Of a stretch of 64,000 nucleotides of DNA, positions 10,457 through 20,958 are shown piece by piece (position 1 is the stretch's first letter; each line of letters opens with the position of its first letter). The notes beneath the pieces are model-generated. The model was not told where the DNA came from, searched no databases, and saw only the letters and a list, made by a program, of their open reading frames with translations. Source of the stretch: Candidatus Eiseniibacteriota bacterium. Lineage in GTDB: Bacteria > Eisenbacteria > RBG-16-71-46. The position numbers and the translations under genes are program-made. The DNA lies in assembly GCA_044223005.1 (NCBI GenBank), contig JBGAML010000010.1, forward strand, positions 1 through 64,000. The letters are read 5' to 3'.

Positions 10457-12250
10457 TCAGCGCGCGCGGCCCTTCCCGGGGGATTCCGTCACCACGACCG
10501 CGTTGCTGTTGCCCTGGTCGTGCCGCATCGCCAGCCACTGCTGGAGGGCGGTCAGCAGGTTCATCACGGTCCAGTACAGCACCAGGCCCGACGGCATCGG
10601 ATAGAAGATCCCGAGCATGACGAGATTCATCATGTACATGGTCGGGGCCTGCCGTGGGTCGGTCGGCGTGAAGGCCTGCGAGAGGAATCCCGTCCCCGCC
10701 ATGAGCAACGGCAGGAGCCGGATCGGGAACCCCGCCACCGAGAAGAGCTGGTCGGGGGCCGAAAGATCGTGGATCCATCCGTAGAACGGTGCCTGGCGCA
10801 GGTCGATCGCGTTGAAGAGCACCGAGTACAGCGCGAAGAACAGCGGCATCTGCGCCAGCATCGGCACGCAGCCGCCGGCCGGGTTCACCTTGTTCTCGCG
10901 GTAGAGCGCCATCGTCGCGTTGTTCTGCGCCTGCGGATCGTCCTTGTACTTCTGCTTGATCCGCTCCATTTCGGGCTGCAGCCGCTGCATGGCCCGCATG
11001 CTCTTCATGCTCGCCATGTTGAGCGGGTGCAGGACCAGCCGCACCAGCGTCGCGAGCAGGAGGATCGTGAGGCCGAAGTTGTGGATGACCGTGTTGATCT
11101 GCCGCAGCAGCCAGAGCAGCAGCTTGCTGACCGGCAGGATCCACGTGAAGCCCATGTCGACCGCGCGCTCGAGCTCGAGCGGACCGCTCTCCTTCGCGAG
11201 CGCGTAATAGTCCGACGGGCCGAAGTAGGTGACGAAGCGCTGCGTGCCCGCGCCCGAGAGCGGCAGCGGCATCACCAGCGTCCCCGCCGCGCCCGCCTCG
11301 TCGCGCTTGGCGTTGGCGGGCAGGCGATCGAGCTGCTCGCGCGTCAGCGTGCGCGTGAAGCCCTCGGTGCGCGCCGCGCGGCCATCGGGACCGGTGGTGG
11401 CGACGAGGCCGAGGAAATAGTGGCTCTGCACGCCGGCGAAGTGCGCCACGCCTTCGTGCACCTTGGGCGCCTTGCCGGCCAGGCCGGCCGCACCGTCGCG
11501 GTGCAGGTCCTTGCCGACGAGGTTCACGCCGCGCAGGCCGCGCAGGTCGTTCTGCTGGTTCGACTCGTTGAGGAGCGGCCACGTGCGCACGGTGAGCGAG
11601 TAGTCGGTGAGCCGCCACGCCTGCGGCAGGCCGCGGGATTCGACCTCGAAGTCGATCAGGTACGAATCGGGGCGGAAGCGCCACGTCTGGCGCAGGTAGA
11701 GCCCGCTCGAATCCTGCGTCGTGTAGGTGAGCGCGCGCACCTGGCCGGCGGCGTCGAGGCTCTCGGAGACGGCGTAGGCCGTGGCGGCGAGCGAACGCAG
11801 CGACGTGCCCGAGCCCAGGTCGACGCCGAACGTCGGCTCACCGGTGAGGTCGACGCGGTCGCCTTCCGGCACCTCGGCGCCACGCTTGGGGCGCTTCTCC
11901 GGATGCTCGGCGTAGACGCTCGCACCGTAGGCGGCGGCGTAGTGCTTGAGCTCGAACGAGAGCATGCGCGCGCCGGCGCTCGAGAACACGGCGCGGTAGA
12001 GCGGCGTCTCGACCACCGTGCGCTTCTCGGGCAGCACGGCCGGCGCGGCCGCAGCGGCCGCGGAAGCGGCGCCGCCCGTCGCGGGTGCGAGCGTCGCGGT
12101 CGCGCCACCGGGAACGGCGGGCGCGGCCACGCGAGCACTGTCGGCACGGGTGGGTGACGGGCGCTTGGGCGCGTAGCGAGCCTGCAGCGCGGTGAAGCCG
12201 GCGAAAACGAGCAAGGCCAGCGCGAGCGCCAGCGCGGTTCGACGATCCAT
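10457..12250 (-). CDS. yidC: Membrane protein insertase YidC
   Basis: NFGLTILLLATLVRL, LQPEMERIKQKYKDD, NPAGGCVPMLAQMP, WIHDLSAPD, PSGLVLYW. Confidence 0.97.
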   Translation of the reverse strand: MDRRTALALALALLVFAGFTALQARYAPKRPSPTRADSARVAAPAVPGGATATLAPATGGAASAAAAAAPAVLPEKRTVVETPLYRAVFSSAGARMLSFELKHYAAAYGASVYAEHPEKRPKRGAEVPEGDRVDLTGEPTFGVDLGSGTSLRSLAATAYAVSESLDAAGQVRALTYTTQDSSGLYLRQTWRFRPDSYLIDFEVESRGLPQAWRLTDYSLTVRTWPLLNESNQQNDLRGLRGVNLVGKDLHRDGAAGLAGKAPKVHEGVAHFAGVQSHYFLGLVATTGPDGRAARTEGFTRTLTREQLDRLPANAKRDEAGAAGTLVMPLPLSGAGTQRFVTYFGPSDYYALAKESGPLELERAVDMGFTWILPVSKLLLWLLRQINTVIHNFGLTILLLATLVRLVLHPLNMASMKSMRAMQRLQPEMERIKQKYKDDPQAQNNATMALYRENKVNPAGGCVPMLAQMPLFFALYSVLFNAIDLRQAPFYGWIHDLSAPDQLFSVAGFPIRLLPLLMAGTGFLSQAFTPTDPRQAPTMYMMNLVMLGIFYPMPSGLVLYWTVMNLLTALQQWLAMRHDQGNSNAVVVTESPGKGRAR

Positions 12251-12459
12251 CAGGGGACCGGGTCGTATCCCGCCGACCCGAGCGGATGACAGCGTGCGAT
12301 GCGAACGAGCGCGAGACGGCCACCTTTGAACAGGCCGTGCCGCGCGATGGCTTCCTTCGCGTATTCCGAGCAGGTCGGGCGATGCCGGCAGGCGCCGCGG
12401 AACGACGACGGCGTGAGCGCCTGGTAGAGCCGGATCAGGCCGATCGCGAGCGCGCGCAT
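12250..12459 (-). CDS. yidD: Membrane protein insertion efficiency factor YidD
   Basis: CRHRPTCSEYAKEAI...RIARCHPLGSAGYDPVP. Confidence 0.95.
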   Translation of the reverse strand: MRALAIGLIRLYQALTPSSFRGACRHRPTCSEYAKEAIARHGLFKGGRLALVRIARCHPLGSAGYDPVP

Positions 12460-12463
12460 GACG

Positions 12464-12844
12464 TCAGGCCGCGCTCATCGGCGCGAGTGCGCCGGCGTGC
12501 GCGAGCAGGCTCTCGATCTCGGAGGCGAGTTGCTGGTGCGGAGCGATCAGCACCGGTCGCGAAGCGATGAACACGAGCAGGAATCCCTGGTGGGGAATAC
12601 GAGGCCAGCGGCGCCGAACGATCTCGCGGATGCGGCGGCGGGCGCGGTTCCTCTGGACGGCACCGCCGACGCCGCGCTTGCTCGCGATCCAGCCCAGGCG
12701 CGTGACTTCACCGGGACTCGGCAGTGCCAGCAGCAGACAGCAACGACCACGGTAGGCCACCCCGTTCTGCCGCACGAGGGCGAAGTCGCGCGCCGCCCGC
12801 ATGCGATGCTTGGGGGCGATGCGCTCGGGGCGCGGTCGGTTCAT
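12464..12844 (-). CDS. rnpA: Ribonuclease P protein component
   Basis: RLGWIASKRGVGGAVQRNRARRRIRE (RNR motif); synteny. Confidence 0.93.
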   Translation of the reverse strand: MNRPRPERIAPKHRMRAARDFALVRQNGVAYRGRCCLLLALPSPGEVTRLGWIASKRGVGGAVQRNRARRRIREIVRRRWPRIPHQGFLLVFIASRPVLIAPHQQLASEIESLLAHAGALAPMSAA

Positions 12845-12964
12845 CGAGATCCGGGAGCGGGCGAGGATACATCCGGGGACCAGCTCGGCCTCGGGCTCCG
12901 TTCGGGTAGGTCGCGGGGGGCGAAGATGCGACGGAGCGGACCGCGGCCGGAAGACGCCGCGGCC

Positions 12965-13114
12965 TTACTTCGCAGCGGACTTGACGGTCAGGCGCTTGCG
13001 GCCGCGCGCGCGACGGGCGGAGAGGACCTTGCGGCCACCCTTCGTCTTCATGCGGGCACGGAAGCCGTGCGTCTTGAGCTTGTGACGGTTGCGGGGGCGG
13101 AACGTGCGCTTCAT
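12965..13114 (-). CDS. rpmH: 50S ribosomal protein L34
   Basis: [44 protein letters not shown]. Confidence 0.98.
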   Translation of the reverse strand: MKRTFRPRNRHKLKTHGFRARMKTKGGRKVLSARRARGRKRLTVKSAAK

Positions 13115-13163
13115 CGAAGGCCTCTGGATTCGGCGGTGAACGGACCAAAGCAAAGAGCGCCGA

Positions 13164-13192
13164 AGGTTACGCGACGGACCGGCGAGGGTCAA
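13164..13192 (-). promoter_or_regulatory. sigma70-type promoter for the rpmH operon
   Basis: Minus strand TTGACC-17 nt-TAACCT, about 50 nt upstream of the rpmH ATG. Confidence 0.7.
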
Positions 13193-13285
13193 GCACCCTC
13201 GGGAGTACGCCGCCGGGCGCCCCGCGAGGGCGTTGGGATTGCCGGAATCAATTCCGTACCGATCGGCCGGGATGCCGAATCGGGG

Positions 13286-13314
13286 CTCAACCCGGGTCCG
13301 GCCCCCGCCGATAA
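13286..13314 (+). promoter_or_regulatory. sigma28 (FliA/WhiG)-like promoter
   Basis: CTCAA-N16-GCCGATAA upstream of the HEAT gene; motif recurs in this window. Confidence 0.6.
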
Positions 13315-13377
13315 CGCGTTGGAAATGCGCACACTGTCTCGTTCGAATCGGCGCATGGACCGAGGCCGGCAGGGCGT

Positions 13378-15075
13378 ATGAGCAGCCGTTCGCGATCCGC
13401 GTCTCAATCCGCCGGGAGGCTCTCCCCCGCGGCACTGAACCTGGCCGAGTGGTTCCGGCAGGTCCAGCGCCTCGTCGCGCTCGCGCGCCAGCACGGTCCG
13501 GCCGACGACCGCGTCACCCACGTGATCGAGCGGCTGGTCGAGGAGTTCGCCCAGCTCATCGAGTACCACGCCCCCGTCTCGCTCCGCTGCACCCCGGTCG
13601 AGCTCTGGCTTCGGCAGGAACTCGTCGTCCGCCAGGCCGAGGGCCCGGACGAGGAGCCGCTCGAGCGCGGCGTCCCCTTCCTCCTCTTCCGCGACGGCAT
13701 CCGGACGATCACGTTCGACGCCAACGCCTCGCGCGACGACGCCCGGGCGCTGCTCGGCGCCCTCGCCCGCGTGGCCGGTGCGCCCGGGACCGACGAAGAC
13801 CTCACGACGCTCCTCTGGCGGCACGAACTCCACGGCCTGGTCGTCGAGCTCGCGCCGTTCGAGGAAACGACCCCGCGCACGGCGCCCATCACGCTCGGCT
13901 CCAACGTCGCGCCGTCGGCCTCCGTGCCGGTGCCGGCACCGGACGCCAGCCACCTGCCGTGGCTCGATTTCGGCACGCCGGGCGACCCCGTGGCACTGCT
14001 GCCGACACTGCGGCGCGCCGAGGGCCCGTCGCTGGACGCGTGGCAGCGCGCGTGGCACGAGGCGGCCGCGAGCGGCTGGGCCGAACGGATCGAGACGCTC
14101 GTGCACGACGTCCTCGCCCGCGACGAGAGCGACGCGACGCGTGAAGCACTGACGGCGGCGGTCGCCAGCGCGCTCGCCTCCGCCGCGCAGCGCTGCGACT
14201 GGGCCGAGGCCACGCAGGCGCTCGAATGCCTGCGGCGCACCGATCCCGAACGCCGCTGGTCGAACACGCAGCTGACGACTGCGATGGCCGCGCTCGACGC
14301 GGAGCAGGTCGCGGCCCGGCTCGACCACGCCGACCACGACGAACTCGCGCGCTTCTTCGCGCTCGCCGTGCGCATCGGCCCGTGCGCGGTGGACCTCGTC
14401 GTCCGCGTGCTCGCGTACGCCTCGCGCCAGCGCGTCCGGGCCGCCGCGACCACCGCGCTCGGATACGCGTGCGCCGAGGATCCCGCCCGGCTGCTGCCCT
14501 ACCTGCGCGACACCCGCTGGCACGTGGCGCGGAACATCGTGGTCGCGCTCGGCCAGATGGGCGGCGAGGAGACCGGGGAACCGCTCACGTTCGCGCTGCG
14601 CCACCCGGACGTGCGCGTCCGTCGCGCGGCCGTGACCGCGTTCGGCCAGGTGCCCGTGCACCGGCGCACGCCGCTGCTGCTGCGCGAGCTCGACACTGCC
14701 GACGCCCTCACCCTCGCCACGATCCTCGGCATGCTCGCGCGCGAGCCCGATCCGCGCACGGCGGCCGAGATCCTCGCCCGCATCCAGAGCGCCGACTTCG
14801 AGTCGCGCCCCGAGGACGTCCGGCTCGCCTTCGTCGGCGTGCTCGGCGAACTGGGCGACGACCGCGTCGTGCCCGCGCTCCACGCCCTGCTGCACGAGGG
14901 CGGCTGGTTCGCGCGCCGCACGCCCGAACGCACCGCGGCTGCCGGTGCGCTCGCGCAGCTGGGCTCGCCGTCGGCGCTCGACGTGCTGCACGGCGGCCTG
15001 CGCTCGCGCGCCGAGGCGGTGCGCATCGCCTGCGAGGAGGCGCTCGCGCGCCGCCCGCGACGGGAGACCGCATGA
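13378..15075 (+). CDS. HEAT repeat domain protein
   Basis: C-terminal HEAT-like repeats ([34 protein letters not shown]); N-terminal [11 protein letters not shown] domain. Confidence 0.8.
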   Translation: MSSRSRSASQSAGRLSPAALNLAEWFRQVQRLVALARQHGPADDRVTHVIERLVEEFAQLIEYHAPVSLRCTPVELWLRQELVVRQAEGPDEEPLERGVPFLLFRDGIRTITFDANASRDDARALLGALARVAGAPGTDEDLTTLLWRHELHGLVVELAPFEETTPRTAPITLGSNVAPSASVPVPAPDASHLPWLDFGTPGDPVALLPTLRRAEGPSLDAWQRAWHEAAASGWAERIETLVHDVLARDESDATREALTAAVASALASAAQRCDWAEATQALECLRRTDPERRWSNTQLTTAMAALDAEQVAARLDHADHDELARFFALAVRIGPCAVDLVVRVLAYASRQRVRAAATTALGYACAEDPARLLPYLRDTRWHVARNIVVALGQMGGEETGEPLTFALRHPDVRVRRAAVTAFGQVPVHRRTPLLLRELDTADALTLATILGMLAREPDPRTAAEILARIQSADFESRPEDVRLAFVGVLGELGDDRVVPALHALLHEGGWFARRTPERTAAAGALAQLGSPSALDVLHGGLRSRAEAVRIACEEALARRPRRETA

Positions 15076-16415
15076 GCTTCGGCGGCGACGACCTCCGCGA
15101 ACATGGCCTGCAGGTCGCGACCCGGCTGATCGCCGTGGTGCGCATGGGCCGCTCGTACGCGATCGGCAACCCCGTGTTCACGAGCCAGCTCGAACAGCTG
15201 CTCGAGGTGCTCGCGCCGGTGCTCGCCGAATGCGGCGAGGCGCGGATCGCGGACGTCGGTGGCGACCTGCACCTGAACGACGTTGCGGTGCCCGCGCGCC
15301 CCGCGAGCGTTCGGTTCACCGAACAGCTGCTGCAGGAGTTCAGCGTCCGCGGCATCGCCGGCCTGCGCTTCACGCCCGGCCTGCAGCTGCGAGAGCTCGA
15401 GCTCTTCATGGGCTACTTCCTGCCCTCCGAGATCTACAAGGCCTCCGACCTCGAGCAGGCCTGCGTGTCACAGGGCTTCTCGCACGTCGCGCCGCTGCTC
15501 TGGCTGCCGGTGATCCCGGAGGCCGAGCTCGCCCCGCGCGTGGTCCCGCCCGCGTACCAGCTCGGCGCCACGACGTGGGCCGCGGCCATGCGCGACGCGC
15601 GCGCACTGCTCGAGGACGGCCTGCCGCCGGGTGTCGCATCGCACCACTACAAGCGCGTCGTGCGCCCGCTCGTGGACGCGGCGCTCGCGGGTGACGCGCT
15701 CACGGTGGGACTCGCGGACCTCGACGAAACGGGCAGCGGCCACTGGCTGCACGGCCTGCGCATCGCGGTGCTCGCGATCCTCGTCGGCCGCGCGCTCGGG
15801 CTCGAGCGCGCCACGCTCGCCGAGCTCGGCGCCGCGGCGCTCGTGCACGGGACCGCCGGCTACGACGAGTCCGCGCCCGACGCCGACACCGAACCGGGCC
15901 CGCTCGCGGCGACGCTCGTCCCGCGCGCGCACGTCGCGCCGCTCGATCCGGTGACGCTCGTCGTGCTGCGCGCCGCGCTGCCGCCGACCGGCAAGGCCGG
16001 CACCGGCGCCTCGCCGCTCGCGGACATCGTGCGGCTCGCCGAGGCCTGGGTGACGCTCGCCGCGCGCCGCGACGGTGGCGTGCCCCGCTGGACGCCGAGC
16101 GAGGCGCTCGGCGGTGTGCTCGGTCCACTGGGGAGCCTGTTCCATCCCGCGCTCCGGCTCGCGCTCGTGCAGTCGCTCGGCGTGCATCCGCCGGGGCAGA
16201 TGGTGGAACTCGACGACGGCACGGTGGCGCGCGTCGCGGCGGCGGATCCCGCCGACGCCGAACGCCCGTTCCTCGAGCGGATGACCGGACCCGCGGGCGC
16301 CCGGCTCGACGGCGAGGCGCGCGGCGAGGTGATCGCCCTGCCCGAGTCGCGCTCGATCGCGCGGGCGGTGCCGTTCGCGCGTCCCACCACCCCGCGCGGC
16401 GACGCCGCGGCGTAG
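15072..16415 (+). CDS. Degenerate HD-GYP-like protein
   Basis: HGLRIAVLAILVGRALGL...LGAAALVHG, IVRLAEAW, LGVHPPGQMVELDDG typical of the HD-GYP scaffold, but HD and GYP are lost; ATGA overlap with the HEAT gene. Confidence 0.7.
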   Translation: MSFGGDDLREHGLQVATRLIAVVRMGRSYAIGNPVFTSQLEQLLEVLAPVLAECGEARIADVGGDLHLNDVAVPARPASVRFTEQLLQEFSVRGIAGLRFTPGLQLRELELFMGYFLPSEIYKASDLEQACVSQGFSHVAPLLWLPVIPEAELAPRVVPPAYQLGATTWAAAMRDARALLEDGLPPGVASHHYKRVVRPLVDAALAGDALTVGLADLDETGSGHWLHGLRIAVLAILVGRALGLERATLAELGAAALVHGTAGYDESAPDADTEPGPLAATLVPRAHVAPLDPVTLVVLRAALPPTGKAGTGASPLADIVRLAEAWVTLAARRDGGVPRWTPSEALGGVLGPLGSLFHPALRLALVQSLGVHPPGQMVELDDGTVARVAAADPADAERPFLERMTGPAGARLDGEARGEVIALPESRSIARAVPFARPTTPRGDAAA

Positions 16416-16487
16416 CTCGCGCGTTCGCAGAACGGAGCGGCGGCGCGTTCCCGGAGCGCCGGACGGCACCCCGGGATCACGCGGCGG

Positions 16488-17309
16488 TCAGCGCTCCAGG
16501 GCCTCCGACGCCCACCCGCTCAGCTCGTGCAGCGCGTGCTCGGAGGTGTGCAGGATCGGTCCGAGCCTGGCTTCGCCGCCCGGCGGGCAGATGCACCGCT
16601 GGCCCTGCGGAACCATGAGCGTCTCGCGCTCGAGCTTGCCCTCGTCCTCTTCCTCGTAGGACACGGCGACCTTGCCCTGCATGACGCACACGCAGGTGCC
16701 GTCCTCCTGGTACCGCAGCACGGCGAGCGAGGTGCCGGTGACGTGGGCGTTCGCTTCGGGCGTGATCATGTCCAGCGTGGCGCCGTGGAAGCGCCGGCCG
16801 GTCTGGATGTAGGCCTCGCCCACGTTCACGCGACCACTCACATGCCGTGCGAACCAGCGGTTCGGCGCCGGCGGCAGCTGCGCGTCGGTGCCACCGACCA
16901 GCGAGACGGCCAGCTGTCCGGGCGCGACCAGTTCGAGCGACGCGCTGTCGGGCAGCACGACGTGCCCGCCGCGGCGAAGCATCGGCGCGAGAGCTTCGGC
17001 CGTGAGCGCGACCGGGCGGCCGTCGACCATCGCCGACCCGGCCCCCGAGGCCGTCACGACCCGCCACTCCGGGCCGCGGTTGAACGCGAACGCCACCACG
17101 ACGAACGCCGCCGCGGCCGCGAGCGCGAAACCGAGCTCGCGAGCCGGGAACGCGGGGCGCGCCGGCACGGTGGACTTCAGGGCACCCGACGCGAACGCGC
17201 GGCCGATGCGGGCTCGGTACTCGGGGTCCGGCCGCTCCGCGGCCATCGCCCGCACCGCGTCCCGCACGCGCTGCTCGGCTTCGGTGTACTCGTCGTCGCG
17301 ATTCGTCAC
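16488..17309 (-). CDS. FecR-domain anti-sigma factor
   Basis: Single TM (FALAAAAAFVVVAFAF) then FecR-like TPEANAHVTGTSLAV...VCVMQGKV; GTG overlaps the sigma stop. Confidence 0.75.
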   Translation of the reverse strand: MTNRDDEYTEAEQRVRDAVRAMAAERPDPEYRARIGRAFASGALKSTVPARPAFPARELGFALAAAAAFVVVAFAFNRGPEWRVVTASGAGSAMVDGRPVALTAEALAPMLRRGGHVVLPDSASLELVAPGQLAVSLVGGTDAQLPPAPNRWFARHVSGRVNVGEAYIQTGRRFHGATLDMITPEANAHVTGTSLAVLRYQEDGTCVCVMQGKVAVSYEEEDEGKLERETLMVPQGQRCICPPGGEARLGPILHTSEHALHELSGWASEALER

Positions 17310-17968
17310 GTGAGCTTTCCTTCGAGGAGCTTCGTGAGCGCCGCGAGCGCGCGCGAATACCGTTTTCGCGCCGCCGCGTGCTCCACGCCCAACTGGTTCG
17401 CGATCTCCTGGTGACTCAACCCCTGCCAGTCGTGCAGCACGATCACCGCGCGCAACGATTCCGGCAGCTGCTGCAGTGCTTCGTTCACGAGCCGGCTGCG
17501 TTCCGCCGACAGCGCGTCGCGCTCGGGCTCGTTGTTCCCCGTGGTGAGCCGGGCGGCCAACTCGGGCTGGTCGATCCCCGCCGCGCGCCGCCGCGACATC
17601 CGGTAGGCGCCGGAGCGCCAGAGGTCGCGACACACGTTGGTGGCGATCGTCATCAGCCATGGCGCCGGATCCCGGTGGGGATCCAGCTGGTGCGCTGCCC
17701 GGTACACCTTGAGGAACACCTCCGAGGCCGCATCCTCCGCCGCCGCCCGGTCTCCGAGGAGCCGGTGCACCAGCGCGTAGACGGCATCGAAGTACCGCTC
17801 GAACAGCACGCCGAGCGCCTCGGGATCGCGCATTCTCACGCGCTCCAGGACGGCGGCGTCGGGCGGCGGGATCGACGGTCGCGCCGCGGCCGGCGCGCCC
17901 ACGGTCTGCCCCCCTGATCCGGGTACGGGCGAGGTCGTCAATTGTGTCCGGGAATCGGAATTAATCAC
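17306..17968 (-). CDS. ECF sigma-70 factor (start uncertain)
   Basis: LFERYFDAVY, AEDAASEVFLKVY, PWLMTIATNVCRD, LQQLPESLRAVIVLHDWQGLSHQEIA. Confidence 0.9.
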   Translation of the reverse strand: MINSDSRTQLTTSPVPGSGGQTVGAPAAARPSIPPPDAAVLERVRMRDPEALGVLFERYFDAVYALVHRLLGDRAAAEDAASEVFLKVYRAAHQLDPHRDPAPWLMTIATNVCRDLWRSGAYRMSRRRAAGIDQPELAARLTTGNNEPERDALSAERSRLVNEALQQLPESLRAVIVLHDWQGLSHQEIANQLGVEHAAARKRYSRALAALTKLLEGKLT

Positions 17969-18135
17969 GGTTCCGCCACGCCCCGAGGAACTCCGGATCG
18001 AACGGCGCGGGCAGCAGACGGGATCGAGGGCCGCCGTCGCCGGGGGCCGCGCGGCCGGAGTATGGCACAGGCACGCGAGTTGTCGCACTGCGATCCGCGG
18101 CAAGAAGCTAATTTCGGTCGGGGCGCGCGGCGGGC

Positions 18136-19731
18136 TCAGGCGGCGCGGGCCGTCTCCACCGGTTCCGGCAACGCCGGGGCCACCGGCTGCGGAACGGGAA
18201 TGCGAACCCAGAACGTGCTGCCATCTCCGAGCCGGCTGGTCACTCCGACGTGGCCGCCGTGCAGCTCGGTCAGCCGCTTCACGAGGTGCAGGCCGATCCC
18301 GAGGCCGCCGCGGGCGCCACCCTGCTCGCCGGGCCCCTGGCCGAAGAGCTCGAAGATGTGCGTCGTCAGCTCCGGCGGCACGCCCGGGCCGGTGTCGTTC
18401 ACCTCGAGCCGTGCGAACGCGCCGTCGAGCTTCGTGCGCAGGGTCACGGTCGCGCCGCGGGGGCTGAACTTCACGGCGTTGGTGATCAGGTTCACGACCA
18501 CCTGCCGCATCTTGACCTCGTCCAGCGTCAGGTCGGGCACGTCGGCGGCGAGGTCCTGCGCCAGCGAGACGCCGTAGCGGTCCGCCATCGCGCGCGAGGT
18601 CTCGAGCGCCGTGCTCGCCACCTCGGCGAGCGACATCGGCCGCGCCTTGAGCGCCATCTTGCCGCTCTCGAGCCGCGAGAGGTCGAGGATGTCGTCGATC
18701 AGCCCGAGCAGCCGCACGGCCTCGCCGCGCAGGCGCGCGACGAACTCGCGCGACTGCTCGCGCGTCAGCTTGCCGTCGTTGTCGTCGAGCAGCTCCGCGT
18801 ACGCGATCACCGAACTGAGCGGCGTCTTGAGCTCGTGGCTCGCCGTGGAGAGGAAGATGTCCTTCATCCGGTTCAGGTCTGTCAGCTTGACGTTGTCTTC
18901 CTCGAGCTGGCGGTTTCGGGTGCCCAGCTTCTCGAGCGCCGAAGCGTGCTCGATCACGGCCGCGATGTGCTGGCCGAAAGCCTTGAGCACGTCGAGATCG
19001 TGCGCCGTGAACGGCTCCGGATGGTTGATGCGGTTCACGTTGAGCACGCCGACCACGCGCTCGCCGATCGCGAGCGGCAGCGACAGCGCCGACGTGATCG
19101 CGCGCTCGGGCTTGTAGTGCCGGCCGAGCTCGGGATTGGGCGCCACGGGACCCAGCACGACGCCTTCGCGACGCGCGGCGACCCAGCCGGCGATGCCCTG
19201 GCCCATGCGCGCGCGGCCGCCGCGCGAGAGCTCGGCCTCGAGGCCGTAGGCGACGCGAGTGGCGAGTTCCTGCGTGGCCGGATCATGCAGCATGATCGAG
19301 GCCTGCTGCGCGCGCATCGTCGCGACGACGCGGCGCACGATGATCTCAAGCACGTGGTCGAGCTGCAGCTCGACGTGCAGCGTGGTCGAGAGCTGGAAGA
19401 GCGCCGAGACCTCGGAGAAGCGCGCGCTGGCGTCCTCGTGCCCGCGCTCTTCCTTCTCGAGCGCGCGGCGCATGCGGTTGATCTCGCGCTGCTTGATGAC
19501 GGTGTGCAGGCAGAAGACCAGCACGAGGCCGATCAGCGAGACGGCGGTCATGCGCGGATCCGGCAGCAGCGCCGCTTCGCCCGTGCGGCGCAGGGCGTCG
19601 ACGAGCGGCGCGTAGATCGCGGGCAGCGTCAACGCGAACGCGAGCAGCAGCGTGAAGGTGACGACCCAGAGCAGCCAGCCGGCGCGCTCGAGCCGCGACC
19701 AGCGTTCGGCGTGCTCCGCGTGGGGGGACAT
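18136..19731 (-). CDS. Membrane GAF-domain sensor histidine kinase
   Basis: Two TMs, GAF (GQGIAGWVA, VVGVLNV), HisKA (ASHELKTPL), HATPase (NLITNAVKF, DTGPG, GLGIGL, GSTF). Confidence 0.92.
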   Translation of the reverse strand: MSPHAEHAERWSRLERAGWLLWVVTFTLLLAFALTLPAIYAPLVDALRRTGEAALLPDPRMTAVSLIGLVLVFCLHTVIKQREINRMRRALEKEERGHEDASARFSEVSALFQLSTTLHVELQLDHVLEIIVRRVVATMRAQQASIMLHDPATQELATRVAYGLEAELSRGGRARMGQGIAGWVAARREGVVLGPVAPNPELGRHYKPERAITSALSLPLAIGERVVGVLNVNRINHPEPFTAHDLDVLKAFGQHIAAVIEHASALEKLGTRNRQLEEDNVKLTDLNRMKDIFLSTASHELKTPLSSVIAYAELLDDNDGKLTREQSREFVARLRGEAVRLLGLIDDILDLSRLESGKMALKARPMSLAEVASTALETSRAMADRYGVSLAQDLAADVPDLTLDEVKMRQVVVNLITNAVKFSPRGATVTLRTKLDGAFARLEVNDTGPGVPPELTTHIFELFGQGPGEQGGARGGLGIGLHLVKRLTELHGGHVGVTSRLGDGSTFWVRIPVPQPVAPALPEPVETARAA

Positions 19732-19779
19732 GATCGGGAACGGCCTCCGGAAAGAGCGGGGGACGGGACTCTCCCTCCG

Positions 19780-19808
19780 TTTTCGGCCGGAGCCGGCCGG
19801 CGGTTGAG
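19780..19808 (-). promoter_or_regulatory. sigma28-like promoter for the histidine kinase
   Basis: Minus strand CTCAA-N16-GCCGAAAA, 48 nt upstream of ATG. Confidence 0.5.
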
Positions 19809-19897
19809 GCCCCAGCGCCCGGGCGAGCGGCCGCTGGCGGCCCCGGGGCCGCAGCCGTTAGCGTGCAGGCGACGACCGCCATTTCCGGGAGGTGCCC

Positions 19898-20896
19898 ATG
19901 AGCCGAGGTCGAGTCGAGATCCACGAGTTCGAGAGCCGGGTGCTGCAGGGCAACGCCGCCGGCGACCCGCACGTCCGCCGCGTCCCGGTCTGGCTGCCCC
20001 CGGGCTACGACGCCGAGCCGGGCCGGCGCTGGCCGGTCGTGTTCGTGCTCACCGGCTTCACCGGCCGCGGGCGCATGCTGCTCAACGACAATCCGTGGTC
20101 GCCCTCGCTGGACGACCGGCTCGACCGGCTCGTCGCCGAGGGCTGCCCGGGCCTGATCGCGGTGATGCCCGACTGCTACACGCGCTACGGCGGCTCGCAG
20201 TACCTGAACTCCGCCGCGACCGGCCGCTACGGCGATCATCTCGTCGACGAGCTCGTGCCGTGGGTGGACGCGACGTTCCGCACGCTCGCGGCCCGCGACC
20301 ACCGCGGCGTCGCGGGCAAGTCCTCCGGCGGCTTCGGTGCGCTCACGCTGGGCATGACGCGTCCCGACGTCTTCGGCGCGGTCGCATGCCACAGCGGCGA
20401 CATGTACTTCGACTGGTGCTACCGCGTGGACCTGCCCAAGGCGTGCACGGTGTTCCAGGAGGCCGGCGGCACGAAGGCGTTCCTCGAGCGCCTCGAGTCG
20501 CGCCCGCAGAAGAGCAAGGACGACTTCCTCGCGCTCAACATCCTCGGCATGGCCGCGAGCTACTCGCCCGATCCTGCCGCCGAACTCGGCATCGCGCTGC
20601 CGGTGGACCTCGAGACCGGCGCATTCCGGCCCGACGTATGGGACCGCTGGCTGGCGCACGACCCGTACCTGCGGCTCGCCGAGTGCGAGGCGGCGCTGCG
20701 GTCGCTGCGCCTGCTCTACCTCGACTGCGGCTCGCGCGACGAGTTCCACCTGCACCACGGCGCACGGCTGTTCACGCGCGAACTCGCGGCGCGCGGGATC
20801 GCGCACGAGTACGAGGAGTTCGAGGACGGCCACATGAATGTGAGTTACCGCTACGACACGAGCCTGCCGAAGCTCGCCCAGGCGCTGACGGCGTGA
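19898..20896 (+). CDS. Putative esterase (Fes/enterochelin esterase-like alpha/beta hydrolase)
   Basis: VWLPPGY, GKSSGG nucleophile elbow, DCGSRDEF, EFEDGH. Confidence 0.85.
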   Translation: MSRGRVEIHEFESRVLQGNAAGDPHVRRVPVWLPPGYDAEPGRRWPVVFVLTGFTGRGRMLLNDNPWSPSLDDRLDRLVAEGCPGLIAVMPDCYTRYGGSQYLNSAATGRYGDHLVDELVPWVDATFRTLAARDHRGVAGKSSGGFGALTLGMTRPDVFGAVACHSGDMYFDWCYRVDLPKACTVFQEAGGTKAFLERLESRPQKSKDDFLALNILGMAASYSPDPAAELGIALPVDLETGAFRPDVWDRWLAHDPYLRLAECEAALRSLRLLYLDCGSRDEFHLHHGARLFTRELAARGIAHEYEEFEDGHMNVSYRYDTSLPKLAQALTA

Positions 20897-20958
20897 GCGT
20901 CTGCATCGCGGGCGCCGCGCGTGCATCGGAGAGAACTCCCATCCCTCCCGGAGCCGAC

